This document shows, one piece after another, positions 55,612 through 64,000 of a stretch of 64,000 bases of DNA. The position numbers and the translations under genes were made by a program. Origin of the DNA: an uncultured Candidatus Saccharibacteria bacterium. GTDB lineage: Bacteria; Patescibacteriota; Minisyncoccia; Phycocordibacterales; DATDWN01. The notes beneath the pieces were generated by a model. It made no database searches, was not told the origin of the DNA, and was given only the letters and a program-made list of their open reading frames with translations. Position 1 is the first letter of the stretch. Every line of letters begins with the position of its first letter. The stretch spans positions 75,923 to 139,922 of the forward strand of contig CAYRRP010000001.1 in NCBI GenBank assembly GCA_964426735.1, in the 5' to 3' direction.

Positions 55612-55688
55612 ATTTATATAATTATGTCAATTTTATAACAGAAAACCCGCACAAGATACGAACGGGTATTTCCGTCCGCTGGTGCGGG

Positions 55689-56141
55689 CTAGTTTGCTTT
55701 GAGAGCAGCATGGATGGCCTGGAGCAGATTATCAAATCTGTATTCTTTCCTACAGTGTGAGACGTTTGGCATTTCGAAGGTAGAAGAGTCGATACATTCC
55801 TTGTCATTGCCAGTGAAGAAAATGACTGGCATATTCATACCCTCACTCCGCATCCACCTGAGCAGTCTTTCACCACCATCATGATTATCCCATTTCTTTG
55901 CCAGCCCAGGAAATTGGGCGGATATCTGCACAAGGTCTGCTTCCAGCGTTGCTGATTGTCCAATAAGTGGGAGAAGTTGTTCCATAATGACGACAGTCGC
56001 TCCTCTGTTGAAGTCTTGGTTTGAGATAAAACTTCCGGCACCTCGGAAAGCTTGGATAGTTGCCGACGGGAACTGATCTTGAAGTGTTTCCTTCATAGGT
56101 TCACTATCAAAATGGTCAGGTTCAACAATGACTAAGGTCAT
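55689..56141 (-). CDS. receiver-fold-like protein with non-canonical acceptor (possible pseudo-receiver)
   Basis: MTLVIVEPD ... VVIMEQLLP ... VIFFTG follows the receiver beta1/beta3/beta4 pattern, but with E where the phospho-acceptor Asp is expected. Start at the internal Met (ORF track extends to 56240). Confidence 0.3.
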   Translation of the reverse strand: MTLVIVEPDHFDSEPMKETLQDQFPSATIQAFRGAGSFISNQDFNRGATVVIMEQLLPLIGQSATLEADLVQISAQFPGLAKKWDNHDGGERLLRWMRSEGMNMPVIFFTGNDKECIDSSTFEMPNVSHCRKEYRFDNLLQAIHAALKAN

Positions 56142-56328
56142 AGTATTTGATTTTCTCCTATAGGTATTTATATAGGAAAATAGGGAAGTGTCAATAAATC
56201 CTACAGGAATCTCTCCTGCAACTTTTTCTCGCCGTCGCATGGAAAATTTTGGGCATCAGACTTGCGACATTGTTGTATTAAAATAATATAATTAGGAAAG
56301 CCACGGGAGCATGTGCTTTCCGTGGCAT

Positions 56329-56646
56329 CTATGTTGTACAGTAGTCTGGATGTTTGTTACTGACACGCCATCCGAGCTTGTTGAACTCATGGTTTTTGGG
56401 GATGTAACCATCCCAGGCGACCAATGTGAAGTTTTTGCAGTAGGTGGATTCAATTACCTTACCACAACGGACGTTATCCTCAGTTATCTCTAATCCTGGC
56501 AGGAGTTCCTTCATCTCTGCTACCAGTTCACGGTAGGCCTTCAGGGTCTCAGGGGTGTAACCGCGAAGAAGATGAATATTTGCCCACACATGAGTGTCCG
56601 TCGGCTGAAAATCCCGACGGATAAAAATATTTTTATGAATTGACAA
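56329..56646 (-). CDS. hypothetical protein
   Basis: 105 aa, about 46% GC. No match. Confidence 0.4.
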   Translation of the reverse strand: MSIHKNIFIRRDFQPTDTHVWANIHLLRGYTPETLKAYRELVAEMKELLPGLEITEDNVRCGKVIESTYCKNFTLVAWDGYIPKNHEFNKLGWRVSNKHPDYCTT

Positions 56647-56844
56647 TTTGGTGTACCTCTATATAAATATAATCATACATAAATAAATATGTCAAGTATT
56701 ATAGATCGTACAGGGTACTCTTCCTATTTTTTGATTCGTCGTCACTTATCAAAAAAAGGACGCAGATTCGCGAAAACCGCTGGGGCGGTCGTAAACCGCG
56801 AATCCGTTCGAGTCCTGACGCAAAGCTCTGCTTTGCTTAGAGTC

Positions 56845-56872
56845 CACAAACAAAAAACGCCTCGCGGCGTTT
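56845..56872 (-). terminator. rho-independent terminator downstream of tRNA-Ala
   Basis: On the minus strand: AACGCCGCGAGGCGTT followed by TTTTTTGTTTG. Confidence 0.75.
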
Positions 56873-56878
56873 CGTTTG

Positions 56879-56951
56879 TGGACCGTACAGGACTCGAACC
56901 TGCCACCCCATCATTGCAAATGATGTGCTCTACCAGATGAGCTAACGGCCC
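56879..56951 (-). tRNA. tRNA-Ala (anticodon UGC)
   Basis: Minus-strand GGGCCGTTAGCTCATCTGGTAGAGCACATCATTTGCAATGATGGGGTGGCAGGTTCGAGTCCTGTACGGTCCA. G3:U70 Ala identity pair, D-loop AGCTCA..GGTAGAGC, T-loop GGTTCGAGTCC, anticodon loop TTTGCAA. CCA not encoded. Confidence 0.85.
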
Positions 56952-57013
56952 AATAATGAAGACTTATACATAGTATCAAAACCAACTTAAAAATCAAATA
57001 GGTCGTATGAGGT

Positions 57014-57040
57014 ATAAAAAATGCCGTGCAGTTGCACGGC
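57014..57040 (-). terminator. rho-independent terminator (minus strand) upstream of tRNA-Ala
   Basis: On the minus strand: GCCGTGCAACTGCACGGC followed by ATTTTTTAT. Suggests a minus-strand transcript ending here, within the ORF-free 56952-57427 region. Confidence 0.6.
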
Positions 57041-57651
57041 CGTGGTGGAAGTTTAGCCTTACAGTTATAAACCTAACTCACATGCAGGGATGAGAAAGGG
57101 AATTGGCTGCCAAGAGGAGGTTCTTGGTGTATACGTAACTGGTTATTCGATCCAGCTACGTCTTACACAAAGCTAAGCTTCCATTCATGGATTATACAGT
57201 AGTATATTGTTTTAGCAAGAACACGTGTATAGATAGAAATACTTGCATTATGTAAATGGTATGGTATTATATATGTGTAGGATTGCTCATTGAAATCTCG
57301 TTACAGGAACCTCATTTCTTCTTTTTCGATCAGATATGGTCGCAAGGGAAGAGAGGGGTAGCCTGGCGATTAGCTGGCGTACTATGCTTGTCCGCATAGT
57401 ATACTGTCCTTCTCATAGAACACGAATATGAAAATATTCTCTGTTTTTGGATTAGGTTTGCTGATTGTCATGCTTCAGTTCCTAACTCCCGAGATTTTCT
57501 CTGGATTTGAGAACACACTCCTCGTGTTCTTTCAGACCATCCAGACTATATTGGCACAAAGCCAATCTGCGATGACTGCAGGGTTCATACCTCCGCAGAT
57601 GCCGCAGTAATACACAGAAACCAGATTGGGATACTACATCCATCTGGTTTT

Positions 57652-58113
57652 TTGCTGTATGCTATATATATGATTCATGCACTTGATTTTCTTATTATTA
57701 GATTCTGTCGAAGTATGGCGGAGCCATTGTCTCGATTTGGATTGTTTGTAGTATTTTTTTGGTTTGGTGCACTCAAGGTTCTCGGTCTTTCTCCTGCGAG
57801 TCCACTTGTACAAGCGCTTTTTGAACATACGATACCGGTGATGCCTTTTTCATTATTTATTATTATTTTCGGAGTGCTTGAGATGTTGATCGGGGTGATG
57901 TTCCTTCTTCGTGGTGCTGAGCGTGCAGTGATACCACTTCTCTTTTTTCATATGGCAACAACTATCATGCCACTGTTTTTGCTTCAGTCAGTCACATGGT
58001 CTGGGTTTCTTATCCCAACGCTCGAAGGTCAATACATCATTAAAAATATTCTCATTATTGCGGCAGCAATCGGTATTGCGTCACATCTTCATCCACTCAA
58101 GAAAATTAATTAA
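57652..58113 (+). CDS. DUF417 (YkgB-like) inner membrane protein
   Basis: 153 aa with 4 TM helices and an ...FFWFGALKVLG...GVLEMLIGVMFLL pattern. Confidence 0.5.
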   Translation: MLYAIYMIHALDFLIIRFCRSMAEPLSRFGLFVVFFWFGALKVLGLSPASPLVQALFEHTIPVMPFSLFIIIFGVLEMLIGVMFLLRGAERAVIPLLFFHMATTIMPLFLLQSVTWSGFLIPTLEGQYIIKNILIIAAAIGIASHLHPLKKIN

Positions 58114-58768
58114 ATCTATATCGCACAAGCGTCCACACACCTCGCAATGCATCAATTGCTCTGATTTTCTTGCCCTCTGTGTGAGTTCGAGGGTGATATG
58201 AAATCGGTATTTCAATAATAGTCTTTTGTCGAAGAAGAATTTTTGCAGTGATTTCTGCTTCAATCTCAAAACCATTTGATACGAGATCTAGTTGTCGGGC
58301 GAGGTGAGAAGGTAGTATTTTATAACATGTATAAATATCGTAGAGGGTACTACCATAGAGTAGATTACAGAGAGATGAAAGGATATAGTTTGCGATACGG
58401 TTGAGGATGTATCCTTGGTTGCGTGAACGTTTGCCGTATATCACCATATCAGGACGAGTAATCGAAGACCAGAGCGTATGAAGTGTTTCAGGTAGGTATT
58501 CTAAATCTGCATCTTGAATTGCAATATAGTCTCCTGAAGCGTGGGATAGACCATGACGTACAGCACTTCCTTTTCCCTCATTTTCTTTGCGGATATAAAA
58601 AACAGTTTGAGAGGCGAGGTGTGATGCGATCTCTGGTGTACGATCTGTTGATCCATCATCGATGATGAGTATTTCATGTTCTGTGTGTGAAAATGCGCTC
58701 TGTACATGAAGTACTACATGCTCGAGAGTGTTTTCTTCGTTATATACAGGAATAATAATTGAAAGCTT
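58106..58768 (-). CDS. family 2 glycosyltransferase (DPM1-like)
   Basis: MKLSIIIPVYNEE ... ILIIDDGSTDRT ... QDADLEY carries the GT-A DxD motifs. Confidence 0.8.
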   Translation of the reverse strand, partial: KLSIIIPVYNEENTLEHVVLHVQSAFSHTEHEILIIDDGSTDRTPEIASHLASQTVFYIRKENEGKGSAVRHGLSHASGDYIAIQDADLEYLPETLHTLWSSITRPDMVIYGKRSRNQGYILNRIANYILSSLCNLLYGSTLYDIYTCYKILPSHLARQLDLVSNGFEIEAEITAKILLRQKTIIEIPISYHPRTHTEGKKIRAIDALRGVWTLVRYRFN

Positions 58769-58772
58769 CATA

Positions 58773-60341
58773 TTATTCTGTAACACTAAACATACTTTTT
58801 GGAAGTTCGTATTGTGTAATTAACTGATTGTTCTTTTCTACACGTTTAAGAAAAATAATTGTAAAATCATCCACATATACCGGTGCCCAAAGAGGATTTT
58901 TGATAAGTGTGATAAGGAATGTTTGTGCCCATGGAGTGCTGTCGAGTCTATAAAACCACACTGCATTGAAATTATATTCTTTTGATTTTTCTTCCCATAC
59001 TGCAGGATTTTCTTGCATTGGTTTGTATGTATCAAAAAAGAATGACTCGGGGTATACCTCAGGTCTATTGTCGACAAATACTTTTTCTTTTCGTTCTGGA
59101 GTAAAGAGGCTAAAAATAAGTAGTCCGCCGATGTCATAGTTTGAAAAGAAAGGACCCTCTATCTGATGTGTTTTTACAAATAACGCAGAATCAGCATTTC
59201 GTGGATATAATCCAAAACCCCAACGAGATGATCCAGGAAGGCGATCATTGAATCGAGCAAAAATACACACGATAAGGAAAAGAGAAATAATAATTGACCA
59301 TGCCCATGCGGTAGAGGCATCTTTTCCATGAGATGTTTCATCTTTTTTGTAGAGAAGATGAATAAGAGTTCCAAGGAAAGGAAGTAATATGAGTCCAAAT
59401 AAAGTGAGGTGTCTAATACCGAAAAAACTTAATCCTCCAAATGCGAGCGTGATAATACCCAATGCAACAGGAAATCGTTTAACGCCTGTGTGTATACATA
59501 CAACAATACTGAGTATGCTTGCAATCAGTGCAGATAGTTTCCACCACAAAAAGTTTGGGTTAATGAAGTTGAGCGTTTGAAGAAAAGAGATGGATTGGTT
59601 TTCTGCTACCATGTATCCATAATTTTCAAAAATCTTGAATGGGTAGAGTGCTCCAGAAAGTCCATATGGACTTATCAAAAGACCTATTCCACAGAGGAGT
59701 ATGATTAATAAAAACATTTTTACTTTTTCCCAGTCTTTTCGCAGTAAACTTTCACATAAAAAAGTGCCAACAAGTAGTGGACCTAAGATTGCGTAAATGT
59801 GAATGTTGATCCAAAACACACTAAGTACAGGAAGAATGTAGAGGTAGGTTTTCTTTAGTTTATCATCATTAAATCTAATAAGGATATACAGAAAGATTGC
59901 AATAAAAAGATAACTCAAACCTTCAGGGCGAATCTCACTTCGTTCGGCAATCAGTGGTATGAGAAATAGGGATAGTGGGATAGTTATGTAAAGTGGTATT
60001 TTTTTTGAAACAAGAGAAAAAAGAATAAGAAAAGTAAGTATGAGTGTGCAGATGTATGAGAGTGACAGTCCTGTCCAACCAAACATGCTATACGTGAGAT
60101 ATGCAATAATACCGTACCCCCAGTGGTGGTTGATGAAGGGAAAATCAGGAAAAGTGAAAGAGAAAAAGTTGGTATGGAGAAGTGCAGAGCGAGATACGGC
60201 GTATTCTTTTGCGTGCAAAAGCACCTCGCCATTTTTAATATGTCTACCGATATCTGCTGCAGGGAGATTGATCTTTTGAACTAAAAATATTCCCAAAAAA
60301 ACCGAAAGGATAAGCGCGACAATAAGAGTGCTTTTCTTCAT
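58773..60341 (-). CDS. polytopic membrane protein, putative GT-C-type glycosyltransferase/mannosyltransferase
   Basis: About 520 aa with 10 or more TM helices and a soluble C-terminal domain. Translationally coupled to the downstream GT2. Confidence 0.5.
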   Translation of the reverse strand: MKKSTLIVALILSVFLGIFLVQKINLPAADIGRHIKNGEVLLHAKEYAVSRSALLHTNFFSFTFPDFPFINHHWGYGIIAYLTYSMFGWTGLSLSYICTLILTFLILFSLVSKKIPLYITIPLSLFLIPLIAERSEIRPEGLSYLFIAIFLYILIRFNDDKLKKTYLYILPVLSVFWINIHIYAILGPLLVGTFLCESLLRKDWEKVKMFLLIILLCGIGLLISPYGLSGALYPFKIFENYGYMVAENQSISFLQTLNFINPNFLWWKLSALIASILSIVVCIHTGVKRFPVALGIITLAFGGLSFFGIRHLTLFGLILLPFLGTLIHLLYKKDETSHGKDASTAWAWSIIISLFLIVCIFARFNDRLPGSSRWGFGLYPRNADSALFVKTHQIEGPFFSNYDIGGLLIFSLFTPERKEKVFVDNRPEVYPESFFFDTYKPMQENPAVWEEKSKEYNFNAVWFYRLDSTPWAQTFLITLIKNPLWAPVYVDDFTIIFLKRVEKNNQLITQYELPKSMFSVTE

Positions 60342-60365
60342 ATATATAGTATACAATATGAGGAT

Positions 60366-61580
60366 ATGAATATTCCAACTCAAATTATTATTTTCGGCAT
60401 TACTGGAGACCTTTCACAGAAGAAAATCCTCCCTTCGCTCTTTAGTTTGTATATTGAGGGACTGCTCCCTAAAAAGCTGGTCCTCACTGGTTTTTCTCGA
60501 CGAGATTTTTCAAAGAGTGATATTGAGGATTTTGTGCGAGGTGTATTGCCTGAGCATGAAAAAAGAGAAGACTTTGTAAAACTTTTTTCATATGTGCAAG
60601 GGGATTTTTCTTCGCTTGATTCGTACATGAGGTTGCTGGAGCAGGTCGACGCTCACGATATCGATTTTATGCAATGTTCAAACAAACTGTACTATCTATC
60701 CGTATCACCTCAATACTATGCCCATATTTTCTGCTTACTCAAAGAATCTGGTTTGAGTTTTCCTTGTGGAGGAGATCTTGGATGGGCACGCATACTAGTG
60801 GAAAAACCATTTGGTTCACATAAAGAATCTGCAGAGGCGCTCAACGTGCTTGTAGAAGAGCTTTTTTTGGAGCAGCAGGTGTATCGTATCGACCACTACA
60901 TGGCGAAAACATCACTTCAAAAAATTATTGAATTTCGCAAGAGTAATACATACAAAGAAAAATGGAACAGTGAGTATATCAAAGAAATTAACATTGATTT
61001 ACTAGAAACTGCAACGGTTGAAAATCGGGGAGAGTTTTACGATTCGCTCGGGGTGGTATACGACGTGGGGCAAAACCATATCTTGCAAATGATTGCACTT
61101 GCGGTGCGTCCATTAAAGGATAATGAGACAGCTGATGAAGTACAAAAAGCCAGGGAGAATGTGTTTGAGTCACTATCTGTTGATGTAAAAAACGCGCAAA
61201 GAGCTCAGTACGAAGGTTACAAAGAGCACAAAGGAGTTAAGAATGATTCTGATACGGAGACATATATTGATGTGACTTTGCACTCCTCGCTTCCTGCGTT
61301 TGCTGGCGTGCCGATACGAGTGCGCTCCGGCAAAGCTCAACCAAAGTCTTTTACGGCGGTGACGGTGGTTTGGAAAGATGGGACAGAAACAGTATTTGAA
61401 ACGCCAGCATCGGAGAGTAATGAAGCATACAAAAAAGTATTGCTCGATTGTATGAATGGAGACCAGACTGTCTTTACTTCAGGAAAGGAAGTAGAACTCG
61501 GGTGGCATATTGCGGAAGAGGTGAAAAAAGTGATACAACAAAAACCACTTGAGGAATATCAAGTGGGAAAAATGCTATAA
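60366..61580 (+). CDS. glucose-6-phosphate dehydrogenase family protein (short)
   Basis: N-terminal IFGITGDLSQKKILPSLFSL (G6PD NADP site) and YRIDHYMAKTSLQ (RIDHYLGKE-like active site). 404 aa, shorter than canonical Zwf. Confidence 0.6.
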   Translation: MNIPTQIIIFGITGDLSQKKILPSLFSLYIEGLLPKKLVLTGFSRRDFSKSDIEDFVRGVLPEHEKREDFVKLFSYVQGDFSSLDSYMRLLEQVDAHDIDFMQCSNKLYYLSVSPQYYAHIFCLLKESGLSFPCGGDLGWARILVEKPFGSHKESAEALNVLVEELFLEQQVYRIDHYMAKTSLQKIIEFRKSNTYKEKWNSEYIKEINIDLLETATVENRGEFYDSLGVVYDVGQNHILQMIALAVRPLKDNETADEVQKARENVFESLSVDVKNAQRAQYEGYKEHKGVKNDSDTETYIDVTLHSSLPAFAGVPIRVRSGKAQPKSFTAVTVVWKDGTETVFETPASESNEAYKKVLLDCMNGDQTVFTSGKEVELGWHIAEEVKKVIQQKPLEEYQVGKML

Positions 61581-62384
61581 GTATTTTTCAATATTCTTTT
61601 TGTGCTCCTCATATGTCTTCGCACAGTGTATTTTCTTTTTCTTGTCGTGGAGGTAAAACATACAGCTTGTCTTTTGAGGATTGTATGCAGCTTCGAGAGC
61701 AGCAAGTCCAGGGTTTGCTATCGGTGTAGGAGGTAAACTTTTGTTTTGATATGTGTTGTATGGAGATACAATATATTTATCTTCTGACTTTACTTGAGGC
61801 CACCACAAATCCTCATCTCCCTTTGCATACTGAAGTGTTGCGTCCATTTGAAGTTTCATTCCAGCAAAAATACGATTCCAAATAATTCCTGAAATCAGAC
61901 GCATGTCACTTTTGCCACCCGCTTCACGTTGGATGATAGAAGCAACAATCAAAGCAGTATCTTCATTGAGGATTGTAGTGTTTTTACTTCGTTTGATTTC
62001 TTTTGTTTTTTTATCAAATGCTTTGATCATCATCTCACTCACTTCTTCTGGTTCAGCATCTTTCATAATCATGTAATTTTGTGGAAAATAAAATCCTTCA
62101 GAAGTTTTTTTTCCGAGTGCAATATGTGCGTTTAAAAAATCTTCTTTATCTTGCTCATCCCACCCAAGTTTTGCTCCGACTGATTCAGCCACTTGTTCTT
62201 TGCGCCATCCTTCTTGAATATAGATCATTCGTACCGAAGGGTTTGCGAGGTTTTGATAAAAAGAGAGTGATGCAAGCTCAGAAAAAGGTATGTGATAATA
62301 ATGAAGAAGATATCCGAGTGCGATAAGAGGTATAAAAGGAAATATAAAAAAATATGGAACTTTTTTAATACGAAAAGGTCGTTT
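61575..62384 (-). CDS. mltG: endolytic murein transglycosylase MltG (YceG-like)
   Basis: N-terminal TM helix; ASIIQREAG; SPYNTYQNKSLPPTPIANPGLAALEAA. Confidence 0.75.
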   Translation of the reverse strand, partial: KRPFRIKKVPYFFIFPFIPLIALGYLLHYYHIPFSELASLSFYQNLANPSVRMIYIQEGWRKEQVAESVGAKLGWDEQDKEDFLNAHIALGKKTSEGFYFPQNYMIMKDAEPEEVSEMMIKAFDKKTKEIKRSKNTTILNEDTALIVASIIQREAGGKSDMRLISGIIWNRIFAGMKLQMDATLQYAKGDEDLWWPQVKSEDKYIVSPYNTYQNKSLPPTPIANPGLAALEAAYNPQKTSCMFYLHDKKKKIHCAKTYEEHKKNIEKYL

Positions 62385-62429
62385 CATGGCTTTGAAATAG
62401 TATACTAAGTATAGTATAGTAGTCTGCAT

Positions 62430-62660
62430 ATGTCACTAAAAACATTTTTTTTAAAGAAGATGCTTTCATCAAAAATGAAAGGTGTTCCACAAGCAGAGCA
62501 AGATAAGATATTTGATATGATTGAAAAAAACCCAGATCTTTTCCAGAAGATTGGTGTTGAAGTACAAGAAAAGATGCAGAAAGAAGGGAAGGATCAAATG
62601 CAGGCTGCGATGGAGGTGATGCAGAAACATAAAGACCAACTCCAAGGTCTCATGAAGTAG
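62430..62660 (+). CDS. small helical hypothetical protein
   Basis: 76-aa Lys/Gln/Met-rich ORF. Low confidence. Confidence 0.3.
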   Translation: MSLKTFFLKKMLSSKMKGVPQAEQDKIFDMIEKNPDLFQKIGVEVQEKMQKEGKDQMQAAMEVMQKHKDQLQGLMK

Positions 62661-62876
62661 GAATTTTAAATTTGGTAAATTTCGTTGTTGGAATTCATTC
62701 AAATTTAAAATCCTTAGTAGCCTATTTCTCGTCGAATTTTTCTTAAATAGTAAACTTTGTAGGATTCAAAAAAGATCAAAAATAATCGAGGTTTGTAGGC
62801 CTCACAAAAAACCACTCTTGAACGGAGTGATTTTTTATATCCGAATGCGCTATCCACACCTATTTTCGTTGACGGT

Positions 62877-62888
62877 GAACAAGTGTTC
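62877..62888 (+). promoter_or_regulatory. LexA (SOS) box, Cheo-type GAAC-N4-GTTC
   Basis: GTGAACAAGTGTTCAC is a perfect 16-nt palindrome. It lies about 50 nt upstream of the small ORF that is translationally coupled to lexA. Confidence 0.6.
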
Positions 62889-62936
62889 ACCTATGATAAT
62901 GATATACAAGAAACGCATAATAATTATAAAAACCAT

Positions 62937-63144
62937 GAGTAAACAAAATTTTGAAAAAGCATTGCGAGATGAACTAGAAGTTTTGAATGAGACGATCGAT
63001 CGAAAGATTATCAAAGGTCTTTCGTATGCCGCTGAAGCTCGTCGACACAAAGCGATTCTTTCTCAGATACTTGAGATACGACGCCGAGACAATCGTTCAA
63101 GCTGGTTCTTGCGATCACTTGGGTTTACTTCATTTTTATTCTAA
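62937..63144 (+). CDS. small SOS-regulated protein upstream of lexA (candidate cell-division inhibitor)
   Basis: 69 aa (MSKQNFEKALRDELEVL...RSSWFLRSLGFTSFLF) with a hydrophobic C-terminus. Stop overlaps the lexA ATG (TAATG). LexA box upstream. Confidence 0.4.
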
Positions 63145-63707
63145 TGAATTCATATAAAGATAAAATTTTTGCTTTTTACGGGCGATACAAACGGATGCCA
63201 AACTATCAAGAGATCATGGATCTTGTTGGTTTCAAATCCAAAAATGCAGTGTATAAACTCATCAATAAACTTATTGATGAAGGGGTCGTGACAAAAGACT
63301 CAAAGGGTAAGCTTGTACCCACACGAATGTTTGATGAGGTGCCACTTTTAGGTCTGGTGGAGGCAGGTTTTCCTACTACAGCTGATGAAGAAGTACTTGA
63401 GACTCTCTCACTTGATAACTATCTCATCAAACACAAAGAGTCCACCTATCTTCTTGAAGTTAAAGGTGATTCGATGATTGAAGAAGGTATTAAGGAAGGT
63501 GACCTTGTTATCGTGGAGCGAAGGGGGGATGCTAAAGAGGGAGATATTGTAATTGCAGAAGTCGATGGTGGATGGACGATGAAATATTACAAGAAAAAAG
63601 GAAACCAAGTCTACCTCATGCCTGCCAACAAAAACTACAAACCCATCTATCCAGAATATGATCTCAAAATCGCCGCGATTGTGAAGGGAGTAATTCGTAA
63701 GTACTAA
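63144..63707 (+). CDS. lexA: LexA repressor
   Basis: N-terminal winged HTH and a C-terminal S24 peptidase domain with GDSM (Ser nucleophile) and the catalytic Lys in TMKYYKK. Self-cleavage site region LGLVEAGFP. Confidence 0.85.
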   Translation: MNSYKDKIFAFYGRYKRMPNYQEIMDLVGFKSKNAVYKLINKLIDEGVVTKDSKGKLVPTRMFDEVPLLGLVEAGFPTTADEEVLETLSLDNYLIKHKESTYLLEVKGDSMIEEGIKEGDLVIVERRGDAKEGDIVIAEVDGGWTMKYYKKKGNQVYLMPANKNYKPIYPEYDLKIAAIVKGVIRKY

Positions 63708-63708
63708 A

Positions 63709-64000
63709 ATGAAAAAAGATTTTGATAAGTGGAACGAGGTTAAAAAGAAGACTGAAGCAGAACAGCCAAGGTTGTATACCGTGAGAGAAATCTGGTGGTG
63801 TAGATTTGGACTAAATATTGGGACAGAGCAGGATGGTAAGGGTGAATGGTATGTGAGGCCGTGCATTATCTTGAGAGGATTTGGTCCAGATGCATGTCTT
63901 GTTGTTCCTCTCACCACATCTCCACGTAAACATGTCTTAAGAATATCATTGGGTAAAATCAATGGAGAAAAAGCGAATGCGAACCTTTCTCAGATAAGAG
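63709..64000 (+). CDS. PemK/MazF-family toxin-like protein (3' partial at window end)
   Basis: REIWWCRFGLNIGTEQDGKGEWYVRPCIIL...VVPLTTS resembles the Kid/PemK/MazF mRNA interferase core. Truncated by the window end. Confidence 0.5.
   Translation, partial: MKKDFDKWNEVKKKTEAEQPRLYTVREIWWCRFGLNIGTEQDGKGEWYVRPCIILRGFGPDACLVVPLTTSPRKHVLRISLGKINGEKANANLSQIR

Noticed and set aside
56757-56830. Possible second tRNA or tRNA-like element next to tRNA-Ala (contains GTTCGAGTCC)
   Set aside because: No acceptor, D-arm or anticodon cloverleaf can be built. It is only a 12-nt inverted fragment of the T-arm embedded in unrelated hairpins.
56952-57427. Tried to assign the ORF-free region to RNase P RNA, SRP RNA, tmRNA or 6S RNA
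   Set aside because: None of the universally conserved blocks was found on either strand by eye: GGAAAGUCCGGGC for RNase P, the SRP domain IV GGAAGCAGC, or the tmRNA tRNA-like ends. A CCACCA immediately before the terminator was noted, but no acceptor/T-arm pairing supports it.

Overview
This 64 kb window is AT-rich (about 35-38% GC by eye), compactly packed and bacterial. It uses the standard genetic code: TAA, TAG and TGA all close conserved genes. Many genes look leaderless, with a -10 box TATACT or TATAAT sitting 6-7 nt upstream of the ATG. The LexA box found here is of the Gram-positive Cheo type (GAAC-N4-GTTC). The gene content and small gene size (peptidoglycan core, UvrABC, many small hypotheticals) would fit an ultrasmall or CPR-like or Firmicutes-like lineage, but that placement is inference only.

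Content from 5' to 3':
- 1-3.2 kb: a prophage remnant on the minus strand, with terminase large subunit, a small-terminase-like HTH protein and a ParB-N-domain/DNA-methyltransferase fusion. Its upstream region carries TTTAGGT-type iterons.
- 3.5-5.8 kb: two large hypothetical proteins; one ends in a DUF4160 domain.
- 6.4-12.4 kb: a dense plus-strand island of nucleotide-hydrolysing enzymes. It holds three recently duplicated NUDIX paralogs, two further NUDIX genes, a YfbR-like HD 5'-nucleotidase, a SpoT-like HD hydrolase, a histidine phosphatase, a nucleotidyltransferase and a truncated nucleotidyltransferase.
- 12.5-20.3 kb: small GC-elevated genes with private terminators, an alpha/beta hydrolase, VanW, DUF4105, a further NUDIX gene, DUF1905, an FAD-linked oxidase and an SDR epimerase.
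- 20.3-27.8 kb: a peptidoglycan block, murC-murD-murE-murA on the minus strand, then murB and ddl. MurA carries an unusual N-terminal XRE-type HTH domain, and the murA/murB promoter region holds operator-like repeats.
- 27.8-33.3 kb: an ABC-F ATPase, a Gmad2 protein, a secreted thermonuclease and two GC-elevated unknown genes. A 21-nt near-palindrome (TACATAGGGGTACCCTATGTA) occurs three times and brackets this block.
- 33.5-44.3 kb: DEAD-box helicase, an HExxH protein, DUF3298, msrA interrupted by an in-frame TAG, msrB, xseA/xseB, an unlisted zinc-ribbon small ORF, a LOG/PCD fusion protein, a pseudouridine synthase, FKBP and tgt. A ~105-nt intergenic repeat occurs three times here, one copy inverted.
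- 44.3-53.5 kb: uvrB, preceded by a structured leader with an 11-codon ORF and a terminator; uvrA; a foreign MobC/RHH insertion; a short uvrC; and a second ddl.
- 53.6-57.4 kb: a GC-elevated block of small genes next to tRNA-Ala(UGC), then about 480 nt without a convincing ORF.
- 57.6-64.0 kb: a GT2 glycosyltransferase with a polytopic membrane glycosyltransferase-like protein, a short Zwf-like protein, mltG, then a LexA box, a small ORF, lexA, and a partial MazF/PemK-like gene at the window edge.

The best candidates for something undescribed are the palindrome-bracketed foreign cassette (31.4-32.9 kb), the ~105-nt repeat family and the HTH-MurA fusion with its operator-like repeats. Other signals worth a second look are the LOG-PCD fusion, the uvrB leader, the NUDIX/HD island, the unlisted zinc-ribbon ORF and the MobC/RHH insertion; they are listed under findings.
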